Below, one piece after another: positions 8,904-17,836 of a stretch of DNA of 64,000 bases (positions are counted from its first letter, which is position 1; each line of letters begins with the position of its first letter). Source of the stretch: Candidatus Competibacter sp. (GTDB lineage Bacteria; Pseudomonadota; Gammaproteobacteria; Competibacterales; Competibacteraceae). Position numbers and translations under genes: made by a program. The DNA lies in NCBI GenBank assembly GCA_035441325.1, contig DAOROA010000010.1, positions 7,582-71,581 on the forward strand, in the 5' to 3' direction. The notes below the pieces were generated by a model. That model was not told the DNA's origin. It did no database searches and saw only the letters and a program-made list of their open reading frames with translations.

Positions 8904-9848
8904 TCAGAAAATATCCAAGTCGCCCATCGTGTAATACAGTTCGTCTCGAACGTCGGCAGTCGGGATTTGTAGCCCCCAGACCATGTTCGTCACCACCACT
9001 TCGGTCGACTCCACCCGTTTGCCAGCCGCTTCGCGCCAGCCGCCCGGCAACCAGATATCCACTTCGCCGACACCTTCCGAAGCCGCGATCCGATCCAGCG
9101 CCGCCAGCGCCAATCGCAACCAGCGACGAGGCGCCAGCAAATCGACGATCAACAATCGCTCGTGATCGGACCGCACTACCGCCCAACCGAACAGTCGCGT
9201 GCCCCAATACAGACCCAGCAACCGGTAAGCATGGAAAGGGTTCGCGGCATAACGCCAGCGCAGATAGTCGCCGTCGCGGATCAGCGCCAACCGGAAGCCG
9301 GGCGCCAGCCGCATCCACAAGCCATTCAGCCGCGCATCGTTCCAATCCAGCGCGCGGACGCCGAGCAACGGCAGCAAATTACGACGCGCTGGCCGATGAA
9401 CGACGCGCGCCCGTTCCACTTCTCCGTACACTCGCGTGCGTTCGCCGAGCCGGTACGGCCGCTGGCCCGGAAAGCCGTAGGCGAAGGCGTCCGGCCAACG
9501 TTCGGCCACACCACCCAGCAACCCGCGAACCAGCCGAGCAAACAGATTCCGGTCGCCCAATCCACCACGCGCATCCGGATGGACCATTACGTCGCAAATC
9601 TGGAAAAAAGGAAGTGGCCGGCCTCGTCGCCAACCGCGTAATGGAATTGCGCCAGCGTGCCCGGCCAGCCGTCCCGAAGCGTCAAACGCCAATCGCAGCG
9701 GTGGTATCGAACCATCGGCCACGTATTTCCACCGCCACTGATTCTCGGTCAGCCGCTTGCCGAACACTTGGTCGAACAAGCCGACAATCGCTTGTTCGTC
9801 GCCGGGTCGATAATCCCGGATATGGTAATCTTCGTTTTTTATTTTCAT
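8904..9848 (-). CDS. GNAT-family N-acetyltransferase with long C-terminal domain
   Basis: ORF 8904..9971 trimmed to the ATG at 9846-9848 (MKIKNEDYHIRDYRPGDEQAIVGLFDQVFG...). This is a GNAT-like N-terminal half with QICDVMVHPDARGGLG in the acetyl-CoA pocket region. Confidence 0.7.
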   Translation of the reverse strand: MKIKNEDYHIRDYRPGDEQAIVGLFDQVFGKRLTENQWRWKYVADGSIPPLRLAFDASGRLAGHAGAIPLRGWRRGRPLPFFQICDVMVHPDARGGLGDRNLFARLVRGLLGGVAERWPDAFAYGFPGQRPYRLGERTRVYGEVERARVVHRPARRNLLPLLGVRALDWNDARLNGLWMRLAPGFRLALIRDGDYLRWRYAANPFHAYRLLGLYWGTRLFGWAVVRSDHERLLIVDLLAPRRWLRLALAALDRIAASEGVGEVDIWLPGGWREAAGKRVESTEVVVTNMVWGLQIPTADVRDELYYTMGDLDIF

Positions 9849-9895
9849 GCCCGGTTGGCCCGTGCCATGACGCATGGTTACGCCGGTAAGCTGGA

Positions 9896-10891
9896 ATGAG
9901 CATCGAAAGCGAATTGATACCGTACCATGCCGTGCGCGTGCTGGGAACCGGACCGGTTCTGGTGCTAGCACCGCATCCCGACGACGAAATCTTCGGTTGT
10001 GGGGGCGCCATCATGCGCCATGTCGCCGCAGGCGATCCGGTCGCCGTCATCGTTTTGACCGACGGTGGTGGAGCGTGGGGCGACGGCCCGGAGCGAGAAG
10101 CTTACGTAGCGCAGCGGCGCGAGGAAAGCCGTGCGGCCGCCAACGTCTTGGGTTACGGAGAACCGGAGTTTTGGGAATACCGGGATCGGGAATTGTGCTG
10201 CGACGAACCATTGATACGGCGCTTGCTCGCCATCGCAACCGAATTTCGCTGGCTGTACGCACCCTCGCCCTACGAAATCCACCCCGACCATCGCGCCCTC
10301 GGATTGGCGGCATTGGAGGCCATCCGCCGCTCGAACGCAGCGGTCAGCCTGGCGTTCTACGAAATCGGTGCGCCGCTACCGCCCAACCGCCTTTTGGACA
10401 TTTCCGATCTGTTGGATCGAAAACGTCGCGCGATTGCCTGTTTCACCGGCCAATTGGCCGCCCAAGCCTACGACCGACACGTCGAGGCGCTCAACCGCTA
10501 CCGCACCTACACCCTCCCGCGCGAGGTAGAAGCGGCAGAAGCCTATTGGGTCGTTAGCCGGGACGAGGCGGAGCAAGAACGGTCGATCCTTCGTGCGACC
10601 CTCGCCAGACAGCGGCAACCTTCTGGGTGGCCGGAACCGCTTCCGATGTCCGAACCGATCAAATCGCCAATCGATCTTCATCTCGAAAACGACGATCTTC
10701 GACAACAACTGGAGCACGCGCGCACGCGCGCTAGAGAGTTGCAAATCCAACTGGAAAACGAGCATCGGGAATGGCAACTTCGCCTCGATCAGCTAACCTC
10801 TTCGCGCTCCTGGCGTCTGACCGCACCGCTGCGGATCGCCGCGAACTGGCTGCGGACGCGGCATGACCGGCATCTTGGCCGCTGCCGTTAA
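9896..10891 (+). CDS. PIG-L/LmbE-family N-acetylglucosaminyl deacetylase with C-terminal coiled coil
   Basis: VLAPHPDDEIFGCGG zinc-site motif and HPDH. The C-terminal ~70 aa are heptad-rich and end in SWRLTAPLR (10808-10834). Confidence 0.8.
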   Translation: MSIESELIPYHAVRVLGTGPVLVLAPHPDDEIFGCGGAIMRHVAAGDPVAVIVLTDGGGAWGDGPEREAYVAQRREESRAAANVLGYGEPEFWEYRDRELCCDEPLIRRLLAIATEFRWLYAPSPYEIHPDHRALGLAALEAIRRSNAAVSLAFYEIGAPLPPNRLLDISDLLDRKRRAIACFTGQLAAQAYDRHVEALNRYRTYTLPREVEAAEAYWVVSRDEAEQERSILRATLARQRQPSGWPEPLPMSEPIKSPIDLHLENDDLRQQLEHARTRARELQIQLENEHREWQLRLDQLTSSRSWRLTAPLRIAANWLRTRHDRHLGRCR

Positions 10892-11732
10892 AGACACGTC
10901 TAGGGGCGGCGTGAACGGGCTCGGTATCGCCATAGTCACCTACGCACCGGATTTGCCGGTACTGACCGAAACGTTGGACCGGCTTGGGCAAGCGTTGGCT
11001 CATGCCCGCCGACAAAATCGGCTGGCCGACGCCCGGTTGATTCTGGTGGATAATGGCCCTGGTCCGACGTGGAAAAACTCGTTGCAGCCCATCCTGGATG
11101 CGGCAGCGTTGCCGGCAACCGTCGAACTCCTGAGCGGTCACGGCAATATTGGCTACGGCGCCGCGCACAACTTGGCGTTGAGCCGGCACGATCTGGAATT
11201 TCACCTGATTCTGAATCCCGACGCGTTGTTGGATGAAGATGCCCTAAGCGAAGGCTTGGCGTTTCTGGCCGCCCACCCCGAAGCCGGACTGCTGGCGCCC
11301 GCGGTTTGGGGTCCGGATGGCCAACGCCAATACCTTTGCAAAGCTTATCCGACGGCGCTGGATCTAGCTCTGCGGGGATTTGCGCCGATTTGGTTGAAGC
11401 GATTATTTCGCGCGAGGTTAGAGCACTACGAGCTGCGCGACCGGATCGGTGAGACGGTATACTGGGATCCGCCGCTGATTAGCGGCTGTTTCATGCTGGC
11501 CCGGCGCGATCCCTTGGTTCGCGCGAAGGGCTTCCATCGAGATTATTTTTTGTATTTCGAGGATTACGATCTCAGCCTGCGGTTGGCCGAACACGCCCGT
11601 TTGGTCTTCGTGCCCGCAGTGCGCATCGTCCATCTGGGTGGTCATGCCGCTCGCAAGGGATTCCGCCATATCTTTTTATTTTTGTGCTCGGCCGCATCCT
11701 TCTTCAACCGGCATGGCTGGCGGTGGTGGTAG
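10863..11732 (+). CDS. family 2 glycosyltransferase (rhamnosyltransferase-like)
   Basis: GIAIVTYAPD...LILVDNGPG...GNIGYGAAHN is a typical GT2 pattern. The ATG at 10863 overlaps the previous gene by 29 nt. A GTG at 10911 with AGGGG upstream is an alternative start. Confidence 0.75.
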   Translation: MTGILAAAVKDTSRGGVNGLGIAIVTYAPDLPVLTETLDRLGQALAHARRQNRLADARLILVDNGPGPTWKNSLQPILDAAALPATVELLSGHGNIGYGAAHNLALSRHDLEFHLILNPDALLDEDALSEGLAFLAAHPEAGLLAPAVWGPDGQRQYLCKAYPTALDLALRGFAPIWLKRLFRARLEHYELRDRIGETVYWDPPLISGCFMLARRDPLVRAKGFHRDYFLYFEDYDLSLRLAEHARLVFVPAVRIVHLGGHAARKGFRHIFLFLCSAASFFNRHGWRWW

Positions 11733-11795
11733 TTCCGCGCTGGCTTAAAGCCTCCATCAATTTTTTAGCTTCACGATCAAAGCCGGAGTCACGCA

Positions 11796-12938
11796 TTGTT
11801 GGCCGGAATTGCTTCCTCTCATTTGCCCGCCCCCATCGAGAACGATTCGGTAGATCAACCTCTCGTTAGCATCATCATCCGCAGCATGGCGCGATCTTCT
11901 CTCGCCGAAGCGCTCGATAGCATCGCCGCGCAAACCTATCCTCGCATCGAAGCAGTGGTAGTCGATGCCTACGGACTCGGCCATCCGCCGCCCGGCGAGA
12001 GCTGCGGACGCTTTCCGCTGCGCTTTGTAGTGCATGGCAAGCCGCTAGACCGCAGCGCCGCCGCCAATGCCGGGTTAACGGCCGCATACGGCTATTACGT
12101 TGGCTTTCTGGACGATGACGATATGTTGCTTCCCCAACACGTATCGGTACTGGTCGAGGCTTTACGGCGGCAACGAACAGCGCGCGTGGCTTACAGCGGC
12201 GTGCGGATGATCGCCTATCGGCCCGACGGCAGCGTCGGGTTAGACGTTCCGCTCAATCGACCTTTCCATCTGCCGAGCCTGCGCGCCCAGAACTACATCC
12301 CAATGCATGCGGTACTGTTCGAACGCGAGCTAGCGGAAGCAGGATGCCGGTTCGACGAAGAGTTAGCGTTGTACGAAGACTGGGATTTTTGGTTGCAACT
12401 GGCCCAACGCAGCGAATTCCTGCACGTCGATCAAATCACCGCCTGCTACCGCAATTTCGGCCATTCCGGTTTCGGTCTACAGGCCGACGCCACTAAAATC
12501 GCTGCAGGACGCGCCGCGCTGTTCGATAAATGGCGAACCATTTGGTCCGGAGCGGAGTTAAGCGAAGCACTGGCCGCGTTGCGCGATGGCATCATCCACA
12601 AGCAACCCTGCGACCGCACGCCGGAATCTTCGGCACTCGAATCGATCAACGCGCAATTAGCCGCGCAAAGCGCCTTGATCGAACAACTGCGAGCGCGGCT
12701 GGAAAGCGATTGGCGCGACCGGGGGGTAGCCGACGATTACCGGCGCCGCGCCGACGAACTGTTGGAGACGGTAGCGAACCTGCAAGACCAGCTAGCCGAA
12801 CAATCCCGGCAACTCGCAGAAGTCTATCGGTCCAGCTCCTGGCGGATTACTCGGCCGCTGCGCGGACTGGCGCGCGCCATGCGGCGATTGTTGAATTCAG
12901 CACCGCTACGATCCTCTTATCCTGGCAAACCGCGCTAG
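11796..12938 (+). CDS. family 2 glycosyltransferase with C-terminal coiled coil
   Basis: VSIIIRSMARSSLAEALDSIAAQTYP...GFLDDDD are GT2 blocks. The only upstream in-frame start is a TTG at 11796, so the 5' end is uncertain. The C-terminus has heptad repeats and SWRITRPLR (12837-12863). Confidence 0.75.
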   Translation: MLAGIASSHLPAPIENDSVDQPLVSIIIRSMARSSLAEALDSIAAQTYPRIEAVVVDAYGLGHPPPGESCGRFPLRFVVHGKPLDRSAAANAGLTAAYGYYVGFLDDDDMLLPQHVSVLVEALRRQRTARVAYSGVRMIAYRPDGSVGLDVPLNRPFHLPSLRAQNYIPMHAVLFERELAEAGCRFDEELALYEDWDFWLQLAQRSEFLHVDQITACYRNFGHSGFGLQADATKIAAGRAALFDKWRTIWSGAELSEALAALRDGIIHKQPCDRTPESSALESINAQLAAQSALIEQLRARLESDWRDRGVADDYRRRADELLETVANLQDQLAEQSRQLAEVYRSSSWRITRPLRGLARAMRRLLNSAPLRSSYPGKPR

Positions 12939-13889
12939 CACCACCGAATTTCGGGCCATCGTACGGCGGATATCGCCATCGTTCGCGCGTCGTTGTTTCT
13001 GAATCTGCCGCCGTTGCCGCCAGATTTGCGGAAGCCCCCGCAGCGCATCCCATTTGGCTCGCAGCACGACACTGCCTTGGCCGCGCAGCGTAAACCAGAT
13101 CACCGACCCCAGATTCAACAGTAAATGCTGCGGTAGATACAGCCAAAACAACGGAGCGGGCATGTTCTTGCACCAAGTCCAAACTAGGTTGCGATGGCCG
13201 TGGTAGATCGAAAACGGGCTGCGCTTGCCGGTTACCGCCGAACCGACATGCCGAACCACGGCATCGGGTACGTAGCGGCAACCATAACCGAGCAAACGCA
13301 ACCTAAATCCCAGATCGACATCCTCGAAATAACAAAAATAACTTTCGTCGAACCCGCCCGCTTCACAAAACGCTTCGCGGCGATAGAGAGCCGCCGCCGC
13401 GCAGGACGCGAAGATTTCGCCGGCCTCGCTCGTCCCCGAGGCAATCGGTCGGCCATGATCGCGCCGCCACGCCAGTCCGCTGGCATGATAAACGTCACCC
13501 GTGCCGTCTAGCCGGCCAGGATCGCCGGCATCTACCAGACGGGCACCGAAGCTGGCGCATTCGGGATGCGCTTGCGCCGCTGCCAACAACCGTTCCAGCC
13601 AATCCGGTTCCGGAAAAGCATCGGGATTGAGCAACGCTAACCATTCAACTTCGCCCGCTCGCCGCACCGCCACATTGTTCGCCGCCGCAAATCCCAGGTT
13701 ACGATCCAGCCGGACGACTTCAATCTCGGGATAATCGTTCTCCAACCGGTCGGCCGAACCATCGCGACTGGCGTTGTCCACCACGATAACTCGTTCTGGA
13801 CGCCGCGTTTGGACGCGTAAATGGCGCAAACACTCGCCCAACAGCATTCCGCCGTTGAAATTGACGATGACCACCGCGATCCTAGCCAT
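12906..13889 (-). CDS. family 2 glycosyltransferase (rhamnosyltransferase-like)
   Basis: ORF 12906..13949 trimmed to the ATG at 13887-13889 (MARIAVVIVNFNGGMLLGECL...VIVVDNASRDGS...FCYFEDVDL). Its 3' end overlaps the convergent GT2 gene by 33 nt. Confidence 0.8.
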   Translation of the reverse strand: MARIAVVIVNFNGGMLLGECLRHLRVQTRRPERVIVVDNASRDGSADRLENDYPEIEVVRLDRNLGFAAANNVAVRRAGEVEWLALLNPDAFPEPDWLERLLAAAQAHPECASFGARLVDAGDPGRLDGTGDVYHASGLAWRRDHGRPIASGTSEAGEIFASCAAAALYRREAFCEAGGFDESYFCYFEDVDLGFRLRLLGYGCRYVPDAVVRHVGSAVTGKRSPFSIYHGHRNLVWTWCKNMPAPLFWLYLPQHLLLNLGSVIWFTLRGQGSVVLRAKWDALRGLPQIWRQRRQIQKQRRANDGDIRRTMARNSVVLARFARIRGS

Positions 13890-14051
13890 GCCATCACATT
13901 CTACGTACCGGCGAGCGGTTGACGTTTTTGCGCACCGCGACAATTGCATCGACGTTATCGACTCCCGGCCCTAGCAGACAACCAACGGTACGAGATCGAT
14001 GCTCATCACTAATCAAGCCCGTCCTTTCAGGCTCTCGACCATCGCCTCAAT

Positions 14052-16490
14052 TTAGTTAAGTATTGTTGGTAATCGGGCACTTCGAAGTCGCCGATACTGG
14101 CGACTCAACCAGCGCACTGGCCGAGTCAGCCACCAAGAGGTGGATGAATAGATTTCTCGGATAACCTGTTTTCGGTCTTCCAACTGCCTTTGCAGTTCCT
14201 CATTATACTGCCTAACCTTCTCATTATTTTGACACTGCTCCGCAAGGCGTTGCTCCAATTGAACCAGCGCTTGCTCTTTGTTAACCAGCGCTTGTTCTCT
14301 ATCAGCCAATTGCTCACTTAAGGCGTTCTGCTTTGCCAATAAAGCATTCCACCAAGTTTCTACCACCAACCAAGTTAACGGCCGATCAGCAGGCGGTTGA
14401 ACTAGATTTTTAATAATTTCAATCAATCGATCACGCCCCAAATTATCGATTATCGAATCCGTCAATTCGGGATAAATATACTCGGACTTAATTAACTTAT
14501 CGAGATTAACCTGATCGAATGCACTGCCAAGAATGCTTTGACTAACGCCAGTCGAGTACCGCTCTAAGTAAGCGTGAGGAATCAAGCGCCACAAAGGTAG
14601 TTTGGATTTTTCTGCTTCGGGTAGCGCCCTAGTCACGATATCAAGTAACTGGTTATTGACCGTTTGCGCCGGAGTGTCCCATTCGATCAAGTAAGCCTTC
14701 GAGTAATCGCTTAGCCGTTCGACAAAGGCGCCAAATCTAGGTGCCAGAATAGGCAAACCTGAATCTAATGCAGCGCTCAAAGTATAAGAGTAAGTTTCTG
14801 GCCATTGTGCTGGGAAATAGATTACATCCGCCTGTTCAAAAGCGATAAGCGTAGATAAATCCTTATCTGCATAAGGCCCGCTAAAAAAAATCGGTAACTC
14901 GGGCTCGGCACCGCCCAGTATACCCATCGGGAGTTTTTCGTAGGAGCGAAATCCCAATACTCGAAAAGAAAGCGGTAAATGTCTTTTTTTAGCATCTTTT
15001 GCACAAGCTTCTAATTGCCTTCCACCTTTCGCAGGAGACATCATTCCCAACACCAGCACTTTAGCTGTCTTCAACTCTGGATGAGATAAATGTACAAAAT
15101 TTGCGTCAGGAATATACTTTTTAATACGGTCGATTACATCTTGCGATGGGCCAATGACTCGTTCTGCGGCTGCTAGCAAATTATGAAAATAGCTGCGCCA
15201 AGCCGTAATATCGAGCCGCCATTGGGGAGGGCGCTCTTCAAGGCATTTATTACAGCCGCTCGCTTCTGGTTCACCACAGTAACGCCCATCTGGCATGGTC
15301 AAATTAAATTGCGGACAAACTGGAAAATAATCATGTAAAGTATAATCGTATGGTACCCGTAATTTTTGCGGCAGGGAGGCTATAAGAGGATGATGGCCAA
15401 TCAGATGGTGAAAATGCACTCGCACCACCCCTATTTCCTCAAGAAGGCAGACCAAATCATCAAAATTTGTCGGGATGAAGAAATAAAACTTCAACTCCTC
15501 ATCCGTTCTAGCCCACTCCAAGATTACCTTGGTCCCTTCGTATGGCTTCAAAATTAATATTTCAAATTGCGATTCAAGCAAATACGCCAGCTCTTGGACA
15601 TGTTTATCGGTACCACCACCCAAGCAATGGTGGATAAATAATAAGCGTGGCTTGTTGGAGCGCCGAAGCCGCATAAAATCGATGCACCGACGCAACTGTC
15701 GTGCTGGATCGACTGCTACATGAGATGCTATTTGCTGATCGTAAGCAGGATAAAGAGCGCGTAATCGCTCCATAGATTTTTGCATTAACGAGTCGCTTTC
15801 TGCTCCAAAAGATACTGCACCTTGATGGTAGACAAAAACATCACCACATAACAAATGCTTGAAACCCAATCCGCTAGCTCGCAAACAGAAATCATTCTCC
15901 TCGCCGTAACCACGGCCGAACCGTTGAGCGTCGAAATAACCAACTTGCTCGATACATCGTCGCGTGATATACATACAAAAACCGATCGCCGTAGGGATTT
16001 CCACGTAGCGCTGGGTATTTGTTACGGCAAATAATCCATCTAATTCAGCAAGCTTATCTTCGGCGGGAAAAAATAAATTATCCTGGCAAAAACATGGATA
16101 GCTACAAATAGTAGCATTGTTGGAAAATGGCGTTGCCGTGCCGACTAACGAATCACTATAAGCACAGCGACGCAATCGATCCAACCAATCACCATGAACT
16201 TCGGTATCGCTGTTAAGCAACACCACATCGCGATCTGGATGCAAAACCATCCCACGATTGGCGGCATTGACAAAACCCAAGTTGATCGGGTTTACCAGTA
16301 AGGTGATGGCACCAACGCTATCTGCCAACTCGCGGAGCCAAGCAGAAAGATCTGCTTCGGGACTACAGTCATCGATCACCACGATCTCGTGCGTAGTTCG
16401 CTGCGGAAATGCCAGCACGCTCTCCAGACAGCGCCGGGTAACAGCCACGTCTTTAAAAACAGGGATAACGATATCAACTTCAATCGACAA
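14052..16490 (-). CDS. 812-aa two-domain glycosyltransferase (N-terminal GT2, C-terminal GT-B/GT4-like) with C-terminal coiled coil
   Basis: VDIVIPVFKD...VVIDDCSPE...LLNSDTEV (GT2). A later block, YFPAQWPETYSYTLSAALDSGLPILAP, is an E-x7-E-like GT-B block. A heptad-rich tail ends in SWWLTRPVR (14112-14138). The start codon is a TTG (16488-16490). GC is about 32-50% in sampled lines versus about 68% next door. Confidence 0.8.
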   Translation of the reverse strand: MSIEVDIVIPVFKDVAVTRRCLESVLAFPQRTTHEIVVIDDCSPEADLSAWLRELADSVGAITLLVNPINLGFVNAANRGMVLHPDRDVVLLNSDTEVHGDWLDRLRRCAYSDSLVGTATPFSNNATICSYPCFCQDNLFFPAEDKLAELDGLFAVTNTQRYVEIPTAIGFCMYITRRCIEQVGYFDAQRFGRGYGEENDFCLRASGLGFKHLLCGDVFVYHQGAVSFGAESDSLMQKSMERLRALYPAYDQQIASHVAVDPARQLRRCIDFMRLRRSNKPRLLFIHHCLGGGTDKHVQELAYLLESQFEILILKPYEGTKVILEWARTDEELKFYFFIPTNFDDLVCLLEEIGVVRVHFHHLIGHHPLIASLPQKLRVPYDYTLHDYFPVCPQFNLTMPDGRYCGEPEASGCNKCLEERPPQWRLDITAWRSYFHNLLAAAERVIGPSQDVIDRIKKYIPDANFVHLSHPELKTAKVLVLGMMSPAKGGRQLEACAKDAKKRHLPLSFRVLGFRSYEKLPMGILGGAEPELPIFFSGPYADKDLSTLIAFEQADVIYFPAQWPETYSYTLSAALDSGLPILAPRFGAFVERLSDYSKAYLIEWDTPAQTVNNQLLDIVTRALPEAEKSKLPLWRLIPHAYLERYSTGVSQSILGSAFDQVNLDKLIKSEYIYPELTDSIIDNLGRDRLIEIIKNLVQPPADRPLTWLVVETWWNALLAKQNALSEQLADREQALVNKEQALVQLEQRLAEQCQNNEKVRQYNEELQRQLEDRKQVIREIYSSTSWWLTRPVRWLSRQYRRLRSARLPTILN

Positions 16491-16669
16491 GGCAAATTAA
16501 CCTTTTGATAGAAAGAATATAATACGGAGCTATACTACAACCGTTTAATTGTAACGCACTATCCGATGATCCCGCGATCATCTTTTCGGCTGGACTATCG
16601 CTTTGCGAACCGATGTGATCAGTGCGATATTTTATCTTGGGAATTTGCAAGCAATACTAGCGGAAAATA

Positions 16670-17836
16670 TCAACTCAACTCCCAACGATTTTCCAAATAA
16701 CAAACCCCAAGTTCCCGAGAGTCCTTGAGTACTTCCAGATCGGGCAATACTTTTTCGTGATAAACCATTAGACCCTGATCGTCGAACACGCGCGCATGGG
16801 CAGTATAGAGACCACCGAGCAACGGCACGCTGGGATATGTAATCAAAACTTCCCGCCGCCGACCGCACAGTGGCGGCCGACCGGATAAGTGGGTACCGGT
16901 GACGTATACGCCACGACCGTCGTCCATTTTGATCGACAGGGTCAGGTGAAACGGTAAATCATCGTGAGCGCTTTCCAAGCGTAACCGGAATCGTAAATCG
17001 TCCCCGCGTCGGCAAGGTAGCTCGCTTAGCAGCTCCAAGCTAACGATACGCACCGGTGTCTCGGATCGGGCGCCAGCTTCGGCTTGCTCGCGACGAGTAT
17101 TACGCTGCGCCTGCCAAGCTTCGTAAGCGGGAATCACGCGGGCCGTTTCGCCATGCAGACGAATTCGGCCACCTTCCAGCCAGAGCGTTTCGTCGCAAAA
17201 CATGCTGACTTGATACACGCTATGAGAGCAAAAGATGATGGTGCGACCGCGATTTCTGAACTCCATCATCCGGTCGATGCACTTTTTTTGGAAGTACGCA
17301 TCACCTACCGATAGCGCCTCGTCCACGATCAAGATATCCGGATCCAGCGAAGCGATCAGCGAAAAAGCCAGCCGCATTCGCATGCCGGTAGAATAGGTCT
17401 TCAGCGGCCGATCAACGAACGATTCGAGCTCGGCGAAGGCAACGATTTCGTCGAGCCTGGATTGGATCAACTGCCGCGGTAGCCCCAATACATCCCCGTA
17501 AAGAAAGATGTTCTGGCGACCAGTGAACTCGGGATGAAATCCAACACCGAGCTCTAGCAACCCCAAAACCGAACCGTCGCGCTCGATAGTCCCTTGCGTG
17601 GGCGTCAGCGTGCCGGCGATGAGTTGCAGCAGGGTACTCTTGCCGGCACCGTTATTGCCGATCACTCCCAAAGTTTGGCCGTGGGCCAATTCGAAATTGA
17701 CGTTCCATAACGCCACGAAGTCGCTGTGGCGCGGCCGTCGAAACAGCAGTTCCTTAAGTCGATCAATGGGCTGATCGTACAATCGGTAAACTTTGCTCAG
17801 ACCGTTAACGCGTAAAGCCGGCTTGGCATCGTTCAT
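16670..17836 (-). CDS. wzt: polysaccharide ABC exporter ATP-binding protein (Wzt/TagH type) with C-terminal extension
   Basis: Walker A GNNGAGKST, signature YSTGMRMRL, Walker B ILIVDEAL, plus a ~140-aa C-terminal domain as in O-antigen Wzt proteins. ATGA overlap with the upstream GT4 gene. Confidence 0.9.
   Translation of the reverse strand: MNDAKPALRVNGLSKVYRLYDQPIDRLKELLFRRPRHSDFVALWNVNFELAHGQTLGVIGNNGAGKSTLLQLIAGTLTPTQGTIERDGSVLGLLELGVGFHPEFTGRQNIFLYGDVLGLPRQLIQSRLDEIVAFAELESFVDRPLKTYSTGMRMRLAFSLIASLDPDILIVDEALSVGDAYFQKKCIDRMMEFRNRGRTIIFCSHSVYQVSMFCDETLWLEGGRIRLHGETARVIPAYEAWQAQRNTRREQAEAGARSETPVRIVSLELLSELPCRRGDDLRFRLRLESAHDDLPFHLTLSIKMDDGRGVYVTGTHLSGRPPLCGRRREVLITYPSVPLLGGLYTAHARVFDDQGLMVYHEKVLPDLEVLKDSRELGVCYLENRWELS

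Noticed and set aside
8588-9889. 433-aa plus-strand ORF
   Set aside because: It lies antisense to the GNAT gene. Its translation is Arg/Pro/Ala-rich low-complexity sequence with no motifs, typical of mirror-frame ORFs in GC-rich DNA. The minus-strand product has clear GNAT features.
16565-16586. Hairpin GATGATC-ccgc-GATCATC followed by TTTT on the plus strand
   Set aside because: It looks like a plus-strand terminator, but no plus-strand gene lies upstream. On the minus strand, the direction of wzt and the large GT, it lacks a U-tract. It is probably incidental or a remnant.
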